IMG/VR virus record: IMGVR_UViG_3300028888_000001
Reading direction: 5' to 3' (one strand)
Origin: a virus
Taxonomy: Duplodnaviria > Caudoviricetes
Length of the DNA stretch: 64,000 nt
Part shown: piece after piece, positions 10,858 to 20,773 of the stretch
How the letters are laid out: every line of letters starts with the position of its first letter
How positions within the stretch are numbered: the first letter of the stretch is position 1
The notes under the pieces: generated by a model
What the model was told of the DNA's origin: nothing
What the model saw: only the letters and a program-made list of their open reading frames with translations
The model's database searches: none
Position numbers and translations under genes: made by a program

Positions 10858-11043
10858 AAGGATTAAAATCTCCTTTCGCTTTAATTTTAATGAAATTTTG
10901 TTTTAAAAATATTATGTTAATGTTCTGGGTTATTGAATAGATAATCAAGCTTAGGATGCAAATTATTTTTTAATTATATATTATAATTATGAAAGCATAC
11001 AGTAAAGCTTTCAAAAATATTTTATTTAAAGGAGAATAGAAAT

Positions 11044-11547
11044 ATGATAAACATTGAGACCGAGGAGAAATCCAAAAAATTTGATCTGCATGATATATTC
11101 GATGATCCGAATGCAGCTATTGTGAAGATTAAAGTGAGGCATAAAAACAAAGAATATGAGTTTTTCGTTAATCTTGTAACTCGCGTTTCATGGCCAGATT
11201 ATCCTGAGCTTATTGAAGATCTTGCAGACCCGGATGACAATGTAACATATAAATTCATTGAGCGTGTCGACGAGATTATCGATCTTCAATGTATCTGTGA
11301 TGTTTTTGATTTCACCAATGAACGATTGAACTTGATCAAGAATATTATGAGCGTGGAAAATTGTGCAATAGAACTCGATGATGTCAATTATGTAAAGTTT
11401 AATAAAACACTGTTCATCATCCAGGACAAAGACATCGATGAAGATAACCTGGGAGACATGGTAGATATCAATTTCGTTGCTACAGCAATTATGCTGTCAC
11501 CGAGACCTATAACGCTTAAACTTTACAGCAGAGAAACGGTATACTAA
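11044..11547 (+). CDS. hypothetical early protein
   Basis: Early motif at 10974; AAAGGAG RBS; hairpin at 11581-11599. Confidence 0.75.
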   Translation: MINIETEEKSKKFDLHDIFDDPNAAIVKIKVRHKNKEYEFFVNLVTRVSWPDYPELIEDLADPDDNVTYKFIERVDEIIDLQCICDVFDFTNERLNLIKNIMSVENCAIELDDVNYVKFNKTLFIIQDKDIDEDNLGDMVDINFVATAIMLSPRPITLKLYSRETVY

Positions 11548-11698
11548 ATATATCATTTTAGTTATTGCGGTTAGAGATTGGGGGCTAGAAATAGCCCCCG
11601 TTGTTATTTCTATTATTATTTTTTGCTCATAAAATAATATAATTAAGCGAACTTTATAATAATGCAATAAAAATCTTAATGGGAGGTTATAAAAAGCG

Positions 11699-14116
11699 AT
11701 GTCTATTACACTTGAGAAAATAAATCGTAGATTGTTTCAGCTCAACTTAAGTAGCGGTTCTAATCAAGTGAAGAATCTAAGCGGTATTCGACTCTTAGAT
11801 GAGTCGAATAATATTTTTTTCGAAAATAATGCTTTAAATTTAATTAAAAATTGGGAAGGTTTAGATATTGACATCGATAGAGCTTTCGAAACCTCCCTTG
11901 AGACTTACGATCTTTTATTAAAATATGGTTCAAAAAATGCTATAAACAAAGCGACTGATATTCTCATTGAGGGCACAAATAAACTAAGAAATGCTTCTGA
12001 GCTAAAACGCTCGCTCAAAGTGAGACTTGGAAGACTTAAGAAAGGCACGAAGATAAGCAAAAATATCGACATTGATAGCAGCACGAACAATATCCAAAAA
12101 GCAATGGATAACATAAAAAATGCTTTGGGTTCTGCTACTGCAAATATTGTCAAAAACGATGAGCCAGATTATTTAGAAGAGAATTATAATAGAATTATAG
12201 ATAAAGTCTCTGAGGTCGCTGAGATCGATCGTATAGTCAAGCAATATTCTAATATTCATAAGCGTTTTAATATAGACAGATTATTTTCAGAGTGCGGAGC
12301 TGATAGAGAATCCATATATAATACTATATATGAGACTGCAAAATATATTGATACTTTCAATTCACCGTTTAAGAATAAATATAACGCTACATTAGAAAGT
12401 GCTTGGTATGCTTTGCAGAAATACCATATAGTGTGTGAAAATAGTACTATTATAAATACAGTAACAGATTATTATTTATTTAATGATTTTATCCCAGACA
12501 TGATTAGTTTTGCTGAAGAAACAGCAGTCTTAGCAAATATTTCCCCAATATTTAATAAGAAAGATTTTTCTTGTCTAGATTATATAAGTGAATCAAATAT
12601 AAAACAATTCAATGTTAATAAAGAATTAGACTATAGAAAAGTCGTAGAGAATTATATGCTTGACGGGAAGCTTAAAGAGATTGTTAGCTATGAAGATCAA
12701 GAGCAACAATCTATAGAAAAATCTGATAGAGATGATAATATTATAGACTTTATTAAAGACTTTAGAAAACGCTGTGCTGAAGAAGAAAATCCTAGCAATT
12801 TTATTACATTTAAAGCTTTAATAGATCAGATATTAAATCATCAAAAATCTCAGATTATATTTAACGTATCGTCTATATTTAATCTTCTTAGCGTTGTTTT
12901 TCTTAATAATGAAGATCATGATATTAAAGCTATAATTAAAATTGTAGATGATATCACTGATACTGTTTTAGAGCTCCCGTTAAAAGAAACCCAAGCTAAT
13001 GAGATTTTAAACACATACAAATCTCAAGTCGATACATTATCTAAGAAAGAAAATATTAATGCTAGAGAGCAAATTTATCTTGATACAGTTGAGGTTAATG
13101 CTGGCAAAATAGAAAATTTCATTAAGGACAATTTTACAGAAGAGCAAGAAGAAGATGAAAATGCTTCAGATGATGAGTTAACAGAAGCAGCGGAAATTGT
13201 TCTTATAGCTAATTTATTAGATAGCCTAACTGAAGGTGGCACTATTGATCCAGATATTCCAGTTATAATAAATGGCAATGTAGCAAAGTTTACAAATGAC
13301 ACATTAGATGCTCTAACAGATTTTTCTGTTACTGTACCTAAGATATTAGATAAAGATTCTTTAAAAGAGTGCTTTATAAATTATAGAAACGAATTAAGAA
13401 AAAATCAAGCTAAGAAATCTGTAGAAGATTATATGAAGATAGATTGCTTGACTAACAATATAGCTAGGCTTAATGAAGACGCTACAATATACAGCACACA
13501 TAATAACACTAGAGCTTGTATAGGCTATCTAATGTGTATGAACGAAATAAAGAATTTTCATACAGATATAAATAATGAGATTTATTTTACAGAAGCAATG
13601 AGCTTTTCTAATAAACTTAAGCTTGCTGTAAATAATCTTAAACGAGCAGCGATAAATCTTTCATCTAAAGAGAAAAGCGCTAGTAATGCTATAGACGCTG
13701 CTATAAATTCTATAGCTCGTAATATGGATAAAGAGATGTCTGCTGAAGACAGAGAACGTGTTGTTCGTGGTTCTATTTTACCATCTGCAACAAAGTGTAT
13801 TAAGTTAGCATTGATGTTTGCTGCTGTTGGTAAATTCATAGATCCTGCTGTTGCTGTAATTGGTGCCTTAGGCATGTTCTTCTCTAGAAAGAAAGCGCAA
13901 AAGAGAGAACGTCAATTAGCTTTGGATGAAATTGAAATCGAGCTTAAAATGTGTGAACGCTATCTTCGTATGTATGAGGATCAACAAGACATGGATAAGA
14001 TAAGAAAAGTTGAAATTATCCAAAGGAATCTTCAAAGACAAAGACAGCGCATTAAATATAAAATGGCAGTAGACTTTAAGCAAGCTAGCACTGCTTCTAT
14101 TGAAGATCCATATTAA
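11699..14116 (+). CDS. large late virion/head protein
   Basis: Late motif AACT-TTATAA-TA at 11650-11661; lies in the capsid cluster; several x-x-E-(A/S/G) putative protease sites. Confidence 0.65.
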   Translation: MSITLEKINRRLFQLNLSSGSNQVKNLSGIRLLDESNNIFFENNALNLIKNWEGLDIDIDRAFETSLETYDLLLKYGSKNAINKATDILIEGTNKLRNASELKRSLKVRLGRLKKGTKISKNIDIDSSTNNIQKAMDNIKNALGSATANIVKNDEPDYLEENYNRIIDKVSEVAEIDRIVKQYSNIHKRFNIDRLFSECGADRESIYNTIYETAKYIDTFNSPFKNKYNATLESAWYALQKYHIVCENSTIINTVTDYYLFNDFIPDMISFAEETAVLANISPIFNKKDFSCLDYISESNIKQFNVNKELDYRKVVENYMLDGKLKEIVSYEDQEQQSIEKSDRDDNIIDFIKDFRKRCAEEENPSNFITFKALIDQILNHQKSQIIFNVSSIFNLLSVVFLNNEDHDIKAIIKIVDDITDTVLELPLKETQANEILNTYKSQVDTLSKKENINAREQIYLDTVEVNAGKIENFIKDNFTEEQEEDENASDDELTEAAEIVLIANLLDSLTEGGTIDPDIPVIINGNVAKFTNDTLDALTDFSVTVPKILDKDSLKECFINYRNELRKNQAKKSVEDYMKIDCLTNNIARLNEDATIYSTHNNTRACIGYLMCMNEIKNFHTDINNEIYFTEAMSFSNKLKLAVNNLKRAAINLSSKEKSASNAIDAAINSIARNMDKEMSAEDRERVVRGSILPSATKCIKLALMFAAVGKFIDPAVAVIGALGMFFSRKKAQKRERQLALDEIEIELKMCERYLRMYEDQQDMDKIRKVEIIQRNLQRQRQRIKYKMAVDFKQASTASIEDPY

Positions 14117-14144
14117 AATGGTATTCTGAAAGGAGAGCGAGACT

Positions 14145-15323
14145 ATGAGATTTGATGATCCTATAGATGGTAAGACTAAAATCTTTAATGAATTAAGGAT
14201 TAACACTGTAGAAGAAAACGATGACGATGATCTCGAAGATTATACAGACGATGAATTTGATGATGATATAGACGTAGATGCTGATGATATGGATCTTGAC
14301 GACGCTGATCTAGAAGACTATACAGATGATGAATTTGTATATGACGATGATACAGACACAGATACTGCTGATGTGGCTGACGATACAACTGAAGCAGATG
14401 CTGATGCACCAGCTGCAGAAGATGATACAGCAACTGCTGATACTGGAGATGCCGTAACTGACGATGCTGGTGGTGAAGATGTTGCAGCTCCAGATGATAC
14501 TACAGATGATGTCACTGTAGATGATGATACTGAAGACTATACAGACGCAAATCCTGAAGAAGATACTGGCGCTACAGATGCTGGTGGTGACGCAGCAACA
14601 GAAGAACCTACAGGCGATGCAGGCGGAGACGCTGGAACTGATCCAGCCCCAGCTGACGCTGGTGGCGATGCTGATACTAATATAAATATTGGAGCAGATG
14701 CTGGAGCTGGTGGTGAAGATGCTCCAGCTGATGATGCAGGAGCTGATACTGGTGGTGAAGATGCAGGTGCCGATGCTGGAGGAGACGATGCAGATATAGA
14801 TGCCGGAGGCGATGACGCTGCTGTAGATGACTTTACAGATGAAACCGAAGGTGACGGCGAAGAAGGCGCAGATGGAGAAGACGGTGGTGATGGCGGTTCT
14901 TCTGATTCTGGTGGCGGTGGAGATGACTCTCCTGAAGTAGGTTCCATGGATGGAGATTCCAATCCAAACTCTCTTAAATCCATGGAAAAAGATCTATTTG
15001 CAGATCTAAACCCTCAACAGCTAGCAATAAAAGATGGTGAGCTCTTACAAAATTATATAGATCTATACGATACTATAAATACTATATTAGATAACGTGAA
15101 TAAAATACCTAAGACATATTATAATACAAGAGCTATAGACTTTATAGCCGACAAAATGATAGAACTTAAAGATATGGTGAATTATACCATAACAGTGACG
15201 TATTCAACTAGAACGTATATAGAGAATCTTACTATATATAAGCAATGTCTTTTAGTTCTTCAACAAATCAATACAATGCTTAAAGGGTTAGTCCAAAAGC
15301 CATCGGAAGAAAAGAAAGAATAA
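14145..15323 (+). CDS. extremely acidic low-complexity protein, probable scaffold/internal head protein
   Basis: D/E/A/G-rich ~270-aa region plus helical C-terminal domain; directly upstream of the capsid gene. Confidence 0.6.
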   Translation: MRFDDPIDGKTKIFNELRINTVEENDDDDLEDYTDDEFDDDIDVDADDMDLDDADLEDYTDDEFVYDDDTDTDTADVADDTTEADADAPAAEDDTATADTGDAVTDDAGGEDVAAPDDTTDDVTVDDDTEDYTDANPEEDTGATDAGGDAATEEPTGDAGGDAGTDPAPADAGGDADTNINIGADAGAGGEDAPADDAGADTGGEDAGADAGGDDADIDAGGDDAAVDDFTDETEGDGEEGADGEDGGDGGSSDSGGGGDDSPEVGSMDGDSNPNSLKSMEKDLFADLNPQQLAIKDGELLQNYIDLYDTINTILDNVNKIPKTYYNTRAIDFIADKMIELKDMVNYTITVTYSTRTYIENLTIYKQCLLVLQQINTMLKGLVQKPSEEKKE

Positions 15324-15331
15324 TAAAAACC

Positions 15332-15343
15332 AACAATATAATA
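15332..15343 (+). promoter_or_regulatory. late promoter AACA-N6-TA (representative of more than 20 copies)
   Basis: (+) copies at 11650, 15332, 18382, 26487, 29702, 42499, 43915, 44095, 46691, 62243; (-) copies at 6724, 10924, 37366, 41260, 46646, 49943, 52871, 53006, 53131, 56695, 59078, 61686; matches the AR9 late consensus. Confidence 0.85.
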
Positions 15344-15449
15344 AATATTTAGGAAATACGATAGCCTAATTATTTATATAAGTAATTAATATATATCGTG
15401 CTAAATAAGAAAAACTTTCTTTAAAAGAAATTATAAGGAGGAATATACA

Positions 15450-17489
15450 ATGCCAAGTGTAGGTATTAGAAAGTCTCCCAGTATGGGAAACTTTAGCAAA
15501 GACCCCATGTATGCGTATGCTGCAAGCTTCTGCGATGTGCAGAAGAACATTTTACGTGAGTCTCAAGTAGACTATGCTATGGAACCGCAGCGCGCTCTGG
15601 CTTTCAAGGGTAATGTTGATGCTCTTAAGAGCTTCTTTATTGAAAATTCTGTTATCGGAGATTCCAAGACTATTACACAGGAAGAGTATCAGGATCAGCT
15701 TGACATGATGTCTGAGGCTTTCCAGAATGATATCCAGGCAGTTCGTGAGAACGCCGTTGCCGGTATTGCTTCTTGGAATCCTATGATCGGTCTGTCTCTG
15801 CCTATGCATAAATATCTTATGCTTAATACCGTATTTGCACAAGCCGTTCCGCGTTTTGTTGCTAAGGCTCCGGCATGGACAGAATCCATCGAGACCCGTT
15901 ATATGGTTTCTCCTACCGGCGAAAAGATTGATATTGCAAATCAACAAAATCAGATTTATCGTATTTGGAGATCTGCTAATCAGCCTGTTGAAGTTCCTGT
16001 TGCACTTCCTGAGCTGCAGTCCATCGATATTCTTGACAAATATTTCTCTGTTTCTCGTGTTTCTCATAATCTTTCTGTTGCTACTCACATTTCCGCTATT
16101 CTTGTAGAAGACTTTGCTAAGGCTGGCGATACTGTAGTAACCATGACTCAAGGAACAGATGGATATGAATTTACTGAAGCTGAAGCTACCGCTGATGGTA
16201 AAGCTCTAGTTTGGAAGCCTTGGAAGGCTGAATTCACTCCTGGATATGGCGATGCTAATCGTATTATCGTTTCTCCTGTAGATATTCTTGTTACCACTGA
16301 TGGTACCGAAGCTACTGAAACTGCAGTTCATGATACGATCTTTGCTTCTCAGCGTGAGAACATGTTTGAGATTAACTCTACCTCTGGTGCAGTTAAAGCT
16401 GTTAAGATCTGGGCTCGCTATGATGCATCCTCTAGAACACGCAAGACACCTCGTGTAGAGTGGGGTGAGAAGACTATCTTCGTACAGGTTCCTGAAAACG
16501 ATGGTATTACTGTACCTGTAACTCCTGAGGAAGTTAAGGATATTGGAGCTCTGTATGGCATTAACCAGGTTACCAAGTACATGAGCATGATCAAAGACGT
16601 TATGGAGAACGTTAAGGATGATGATATTCATGAGCAGCTTGACCTGAGCTTCGAGCGTCTTGATGACGAGCATAAGCTTGCTAAGACTATTGACTTTGCG
16701 CCTCGTGTAGGATATTACAGCGATCATCTTGAATGGCTGCAGAAGACCTTCATGAACTCATTAGATCAGTTCATCACCGGTCTACTTACAGTTCTGAGAG
16801 ATCCTAACATGGAAATCAGTCTTATTGCAAGGCCTGGCATTATCCGTCAGATCACTCCTATCGAGTACACCTATCAGACTTCTGATTCTGTTGGCCCGAT
16901 CCAGCTTGATTTCAAGAAGACTGTTGTTACTAGCGATCATCGTGTATACAACTTCATTAGCTCCGATAAGCTGTTTGGTAATGACAACATCATTATCCTG
17001 CTTAACCCGAAGAATACCAATCGTATAGTCTACAGACTGTATGATTATCAGATGTATCTTTCCAATGAGATTCGTGACGCTGAGAATCCGCAGCTTCCCG
17101 CTCTGACTGCATTCGAAAGATATAAATTCTTTGAACTGTTCCCGGTTCAGGGTAGAATGTTTGTTGCAAATCCGTCTGGGCTTAGAGAGCATCTTCCGAA
17201 CGTTGATCCTATCGGTCGTCCGGCTGATGGTAGCCTGTATGCAAATAATGATTTGAATAGTACTTTCAGTCATTGGTCGGATCTCACCGGACGTAATGCT
17301 ATTACCGAGAACGTTCTACCTGAGACTGACGCCACTGGTAATAGTGGTCAAGGCGGTACTACTGGCGGTGGCACGACTGGTGGCGGAACTACAGGTGGTG
17401 GTACAACTGGTGGAGGTACAACTGGCGGTGGAACCACTGGAGGCGGTACGACTGGTGGAGGTACAACTGGCGGTGGTACTACTCCGTAA
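15450..17489 (+). CDS. major capsid protein precursor
   Basis: 679 aa, strong high-expression codon bias, own late promoter, AAGGAGG RBS, strong terminator, adjacent to scaffold-like and protease genes. Confidence 0.8.
   Translation: MPSVGIRKSPSMGNFSKDPMYAYAASFCDVQKNILRESQVDYAMEPQRALAFKGNVDALKSFFIENSVIGDSKTITQEEYQDQLDMMSEAFQNDIQAVRENAVAGIASWNPMIGLSLPMHKYLMLNTVFAQAVPRFVAKAPAWTESIETRYMVSPTGEKIDIANQQNQIYRIWRSANQPVEVPVALPELQSIDILDKYFSVSRVSHNLSVATHISAILVEDFAKAGDTVVTMTQGTDGYEFTEAEATADGKALVWKPWKAEFTPGYGDANRIIVSPVDILVTTDGTEATETAVHDTIFASQRENMFEINSTSGAVKAVKIWARYDASSRTRKTPRVEWGEKTIFVQVPENDGITVPVTPEEVKDIGALYGINQVTKYMSMIKDVMENVKDDDIHEQLDLSFERLDDEHKLAKTIDFAPRVGYYSDHLEWLQKTFMNSLDQFITGLLTVLRDPNMEISLIARPGIIRQITPIEYTYQTSDSVGPIQLDFKKTVVTSDHRVYNFISSDKLFGNDNIIILLNPKNTNRIVYRLYDYQMYLSNEIRDAENPQLPALTAFERYKFFELFPVQGRMFVANPSGLREHLPNVDPIGRPADGSLYANNDLNSTFSHWSDLTGRNAITENVLPETDATGNSGQGGTTGGGTTGGGTTGGGTTGGGTTGGGTTGGGTTGGGTTGGGTTP
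17352..17483 (+). repeat. 15-bp coding repeat encoding GGTT-(GGGTT)8 at the capsid C-terminus
   Basis: Direct reading; synonymous codons vary between units. Confidence 0.95.
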
Positions 17490-17520
17490 TAAACAATTAA
17501 ATATAATACTAGCAAGTATT

Positions 17521-17556
17521 AAACCCGTAGGGAGAAATCCCTACGGGTTTTCTTTT
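17521..17556 (+). terminator. Rho-independent terminator of the capsid gene
   Basis: AAACCCGTAGGGA-GAAA-TCCCTACGGGTTT plus T-tract. Confidence 0.9.
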
Positions 17557-17586
17557 GATTAATTGTTTATGATTTTAACATTGATT

Positions 17587-17922
17587 TTAGCATTCGTTCT
17601 TTTTACTTGTATCCATTAAAACATATAATGATTTATTTTTTGAAGGTCGTTTACCTTTTAACCGATGCTCCATAATTTCATCTATTTCCATTTCTCGTTC
17701 ACCCAGATCATTCAAATACTCTTCAGGATAATTACGTTTTCTGCATACTTTATTATACATACTAGCTGCAGCTTCTGCATCATCAAATGTAAAATAATAA
17801 TCCCCATCTACTCTACAGAAATAGTTATCTGATTTATTTGGGAATACGCCAAAATATCCTGTAGAATTTAGATTTTCTTTTGTTTTTACAGACGTGGAAA
17901 ATTTGTTTATTTTGATTGTATA
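17587..17922 (-). pseudogene. orphan AP2 DNA-binding domain, remnant of an HNH-AP2 endonuclease
   Basis: Open frame NSTGYFGVFPNKSDNYFCRVDGDYYFTFDDAEAAASMYN...LNDL resembles the AP2 repeats of 48289..49455; no ATG/GTG/TTG upstream of the domain before the in-frame TAA at 17925-17923. Confidence 0.65.
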
Positions 17923-17930
17923 TTATAGCA

Positions 17931-18294
17931 GTAGATAGAAGACAATAGTCTCTATTAGCCGGCCTTTTGGCGTGCTTGAAATAGTACGAACAAGCAAAAC
18001 TTGTTCTCAAAAAGGTCAGGTAAAATAAGATGGTAACGCTTTTGATAGCGTCTATTAGTTTATCATTAAGTAACACGAAAAGACTAATAGCGGAGCACAT
18101 ATATTTTATCTGGTCTGTCGGGAGTACGATAGGGGATACTCGTGCAAAACGACTAAAAGGCAAAAGAATAGATTATTCCCGTTTATACTAACCTATCAAT
18201 AGTATAAAAGGTTAAGCTTGTCAACTTGACCTCGCTCTGCATACTATAGGTGACAATCTATAGTATGAACAAAGCAATCGTAATTTATTTTTTT
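17931..18294 (+). ncRNA. large structured non-coding RNA of unknown class
   Basis: Early motif at 17916-17927; nested helices with G-U pairs that work only on the + strand; ends in three hairpins and a T-tract; no plausible + ORF. Confidence 0.7.
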
Positions 18295-18442
18295 GTAAGA
18301 TATTACCGTTTAATTTCGATGGGAGCTTCGGCTCCCACACCTTCGGGCGGTTTTATTTTTTCTTCTTTTTCTCATTATTTGGACAATCAAATAATGAGAA
18401 AAACAAACTTTACTTTATATTTTTTAAGGAGATAAACAAGAC

Positions 18443-18640
18443 ATGTATAATTATTATAAGTCTCCTGCGGAGGTATATCACGAATCTAATATATTAAGTA
18501 AAGCTTTAACTCGTGGTACAACTAATAGTTTATATCCAATGACGGATATCAATTCAGTATTCACTCATTTTGATCCATCGGTTGGTAAAAATGTACCGAC
18601 GGCAAATGTTTTATCAAAAAATAATTTAAAGGAGAGTTGA
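18443..18640 (+). CDS. small late protein
   Basis: Late motif at 18382; AAGGAG RBS. Confidence 0.65.
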   Translation: MYNYYKSPAEVYHESNILSKALTRGTTNSLYPMTDINSVFTHFDPSVGKNVPTANVLSKNNLKES

Positions 18641-18643
18641 ATT

Positions 18644-19792
18644 ATGGAACGAGTCCCAACAAATTTTGATTTTTCTGTTTTAGGGCATCTTCTTGTGAAT
18701 TTAGATGAGGATCATTCTTCAACGACATTGTCTAAAATCCAAGCAGAGCTGAATAAATTCTTTATAAAAACAAAATGTAAAGGCGTTTATTTTACACGTA
18801 ATACTGATAAGCTTTTCTTTGGTATGAAAGTTTATCCTATAATATCTGGAGATGAAGCGATTAAAGTACTAACTGTAGATTCTCCATCTGTATTTGATGG
18901 ATACTATGTAGAGATCGATTCTAAGCTATGTGATCCAATGCTCTATATCAATGATAAAGAATGGGTCGCTTTAATGCTTCATGAGGTTGGTCATATTGTA
19001 TATGATACATCAACAATCGATGAAGTGAGAAATCATATTGATGCATATTTTGCTAGAAGCGGAGAAAGTATAGATCTTAAATCTTCTAGAGGATTTAGAG
19101 AATTATTAGCATGGGCTCTTAAAGATGCGTGCGTTAAAGCAGCTTCTATTTTTGCTAAGCATGGTAATAGTGAACTGATTGCTGACGCTTTTGTCGCTGG
19201 ATGTGGTTTTGGGCCAGAACTTGAATCTGCAATGAAGAAGATTGTTGCTGGGATCTCATATATGCAAAAAGATATCGATGATAGATTTATAGCTCTATCT
19301 TGGGTACTGCGAGTTGGTAGAGAGTTTGAGCTTTTTAGAATACCGGCTGTAAAAACTCTTAATAAAGCATCTATGCTTACCGGCTCTTCAATGGAACGTA
19401 AAGAAATTCAATATGCGTCTAAAGTATTAGCCACAATGAGTGATCCTATGTCTGAGGGAGTATTTGAAAATATTGGTAACGCATGGAATGCTGCTATGAA
19501 TAGATTCAAGCAGAAATCTATACGTGGTGTTAAGCAAGATGTTTATGAATTACAGCTTAGGCTTAGGACTGCTGAAGAAATGGATGAACTAATGACGATT
19601 ATTAGATCGTGTAATAACTATATTTCAATTCTTCAAGATTATATGACAGAAAATATTTCTGATAGCGAAAGAGAAGATTGCTGTAATGTGTTGCAAGATC
19701 TGTATGCTATACGTCAGCAAGCTGCTAAAGACAAGAATGTTAGAGCACGCTATTCTGGTTATATTCAAGTTGTATACCCATCAGCAGATTAA
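18644..19792 (+). CDS. late HEXXH metalloprotease-like (probably virion) protein
   Basis: LMLHEVGH plus ELIADAF...GFG motif typical of zincins. Confidence 0.65.
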   Translation: MERVPTNFDFSVLGHLLVNLDEDHSSTTLSKIQAELNKFFIKTKCKGVYFTRNTDKLFFGMKVYPIISGDEAIKVLTVDSPSVFDGYYVEIDSKLCDPMLYINDKEWVALMLHEVGHIVYDTSTIDEVRNHIDAYFARSGESIDLKSSRGFRELLAWALKDACVKAASIFAKHGNSELIADAFVAGCGFGPELESAMKKIVAGISYMQKDIDDRFIALSWVLRVGREFELFRIPAVKTLNKASMLTGSSMERKEIQYASKVLATMSDPMSEGVFENIGNAWNAAMNRFKQKSIRGVKQDVYELQLRLRTAEEMDELMTIIRSCNNYISILQDYMTENISDSEREDCCNVLQDLYAIRQQAAKDKNVRARYSGYIQVVYPSAD

Positions 19793-19972
19793 AATCACTG
19801 CAGCTGGGCTTAAAGCCCAGCTGTATTTTTTAAAATTTATAATGGTTGTATATTATAAAAACGATAGCAAAGAAAAGCTATCTAAAGAGAAATAACAAGC
19901 GGTAATAATTTACAATAACGCAAACAGAACAGTAACCCGTATTACGGCATTATCTAAAGGAGGAATAATATT

Positions 19973-20773
19973 ATGGCATTCAACAGCTATAATCAGAACA
20001 ATAATGACAAGAGACCGACTGTTAATACATATACACCGATATCGTTTACCAATCAAGATAGTAAGATAATGGACACCAGATTATCCATTTCTTATTTTAA
20101 TAAATTAATGTGTATTACCATCGCTGCGAGAACTAATGCTGGTAGTAGCGATTTCGCTACATATGATACGGATAACCCCGTGTCTATTTATATTTCTTAT
20201 TCCAAAGCTAAGATCTTGCATGATGCAATTCTCAATATGCTTTCCAAGCCAAATGAAATCCATAATGTCTGTGTGGAGCTTAAGAACGGCTTGCTAAAAA
20301 TTTCCGATGGTGTAGAGTATGGTTCATCCAATCCATGCATTGCTATTTTGTATGCTAAAGATAATGCTGGTGTGAATGAGATTATCTATGAAACCAAATC
20401 AGACATGTACTACGCTGCTTATAATTATGATAATGAGCAGTATAGTTCTATGCCGTTCCCGAAATTTGAGATCGAGACATTTGCTATGATCTTGGAACAG
20501 TATTATATAGCATCAAGCTATGCATACGCTGCGATGAATCGTGAAGCAAATATGTATGCGTCTAAATTTACCAGTGACATTCTTAAAGGTATCGCTGGTA
20601 AGGTAGGATATCAATATAGCAGCAGTAGCGGATCTGGAAACTTTAACAATAAGAGTTTTTTGAGTGGCAATAATAGTTCTTCTAGCAGCAAACCGCAGTT
20701 CAATGGAGATGTTCCAACAGAGTATCAGCAGTCTACATTTAGCGACATTGCTAATTCACTGCTTGACGAATAA
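19973..20773 (+). CDS. putative single-stranded DNA-binding protein
   Basis: Early motif at 19846; beta-rich core, S/N/G-rich linker and acidic end (LLDE); long A-rich leader; function is inference. Confidence 0.4.
   Translation: MAFNSYNQNNNDKRPTVNTYTPISFTNQDSKIMDTRLSISYFNKLMCITIAARTNAGSSDFATYDTDNPVSIYISYSKAKILHDAILNMLSKPNEIHNVCVELKNGLLKISDGVEYGSSNPCIAILYAKDNAGVNEIIYETKSDMYYAAYNYDNEQYSSMPFPKFEIETFAMILEQYYIASSYAYAAMNREANMYASKFTSDILKGIAGKVGYQYSSSSGSGNFNNKSFLSGNNSSSSSKPQFNGDVPTEYQQSTFSDIANSLLDE

Noticed and set aside
17938-18160. Circularly permuted group I intron (S-like AAGACAATAGTCT before R-like AACGACTA)
   Set aside because: No convincing P/Q pair, and these bases are better used in other helices; kept only as something for Infernal to test
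17834-18163. 109-aa minus-strand ORF over the ncRNA
   Set aside because: No convincing RBS or promoter; G-U strand asymmetry and the early motif support a + strand RNA instead
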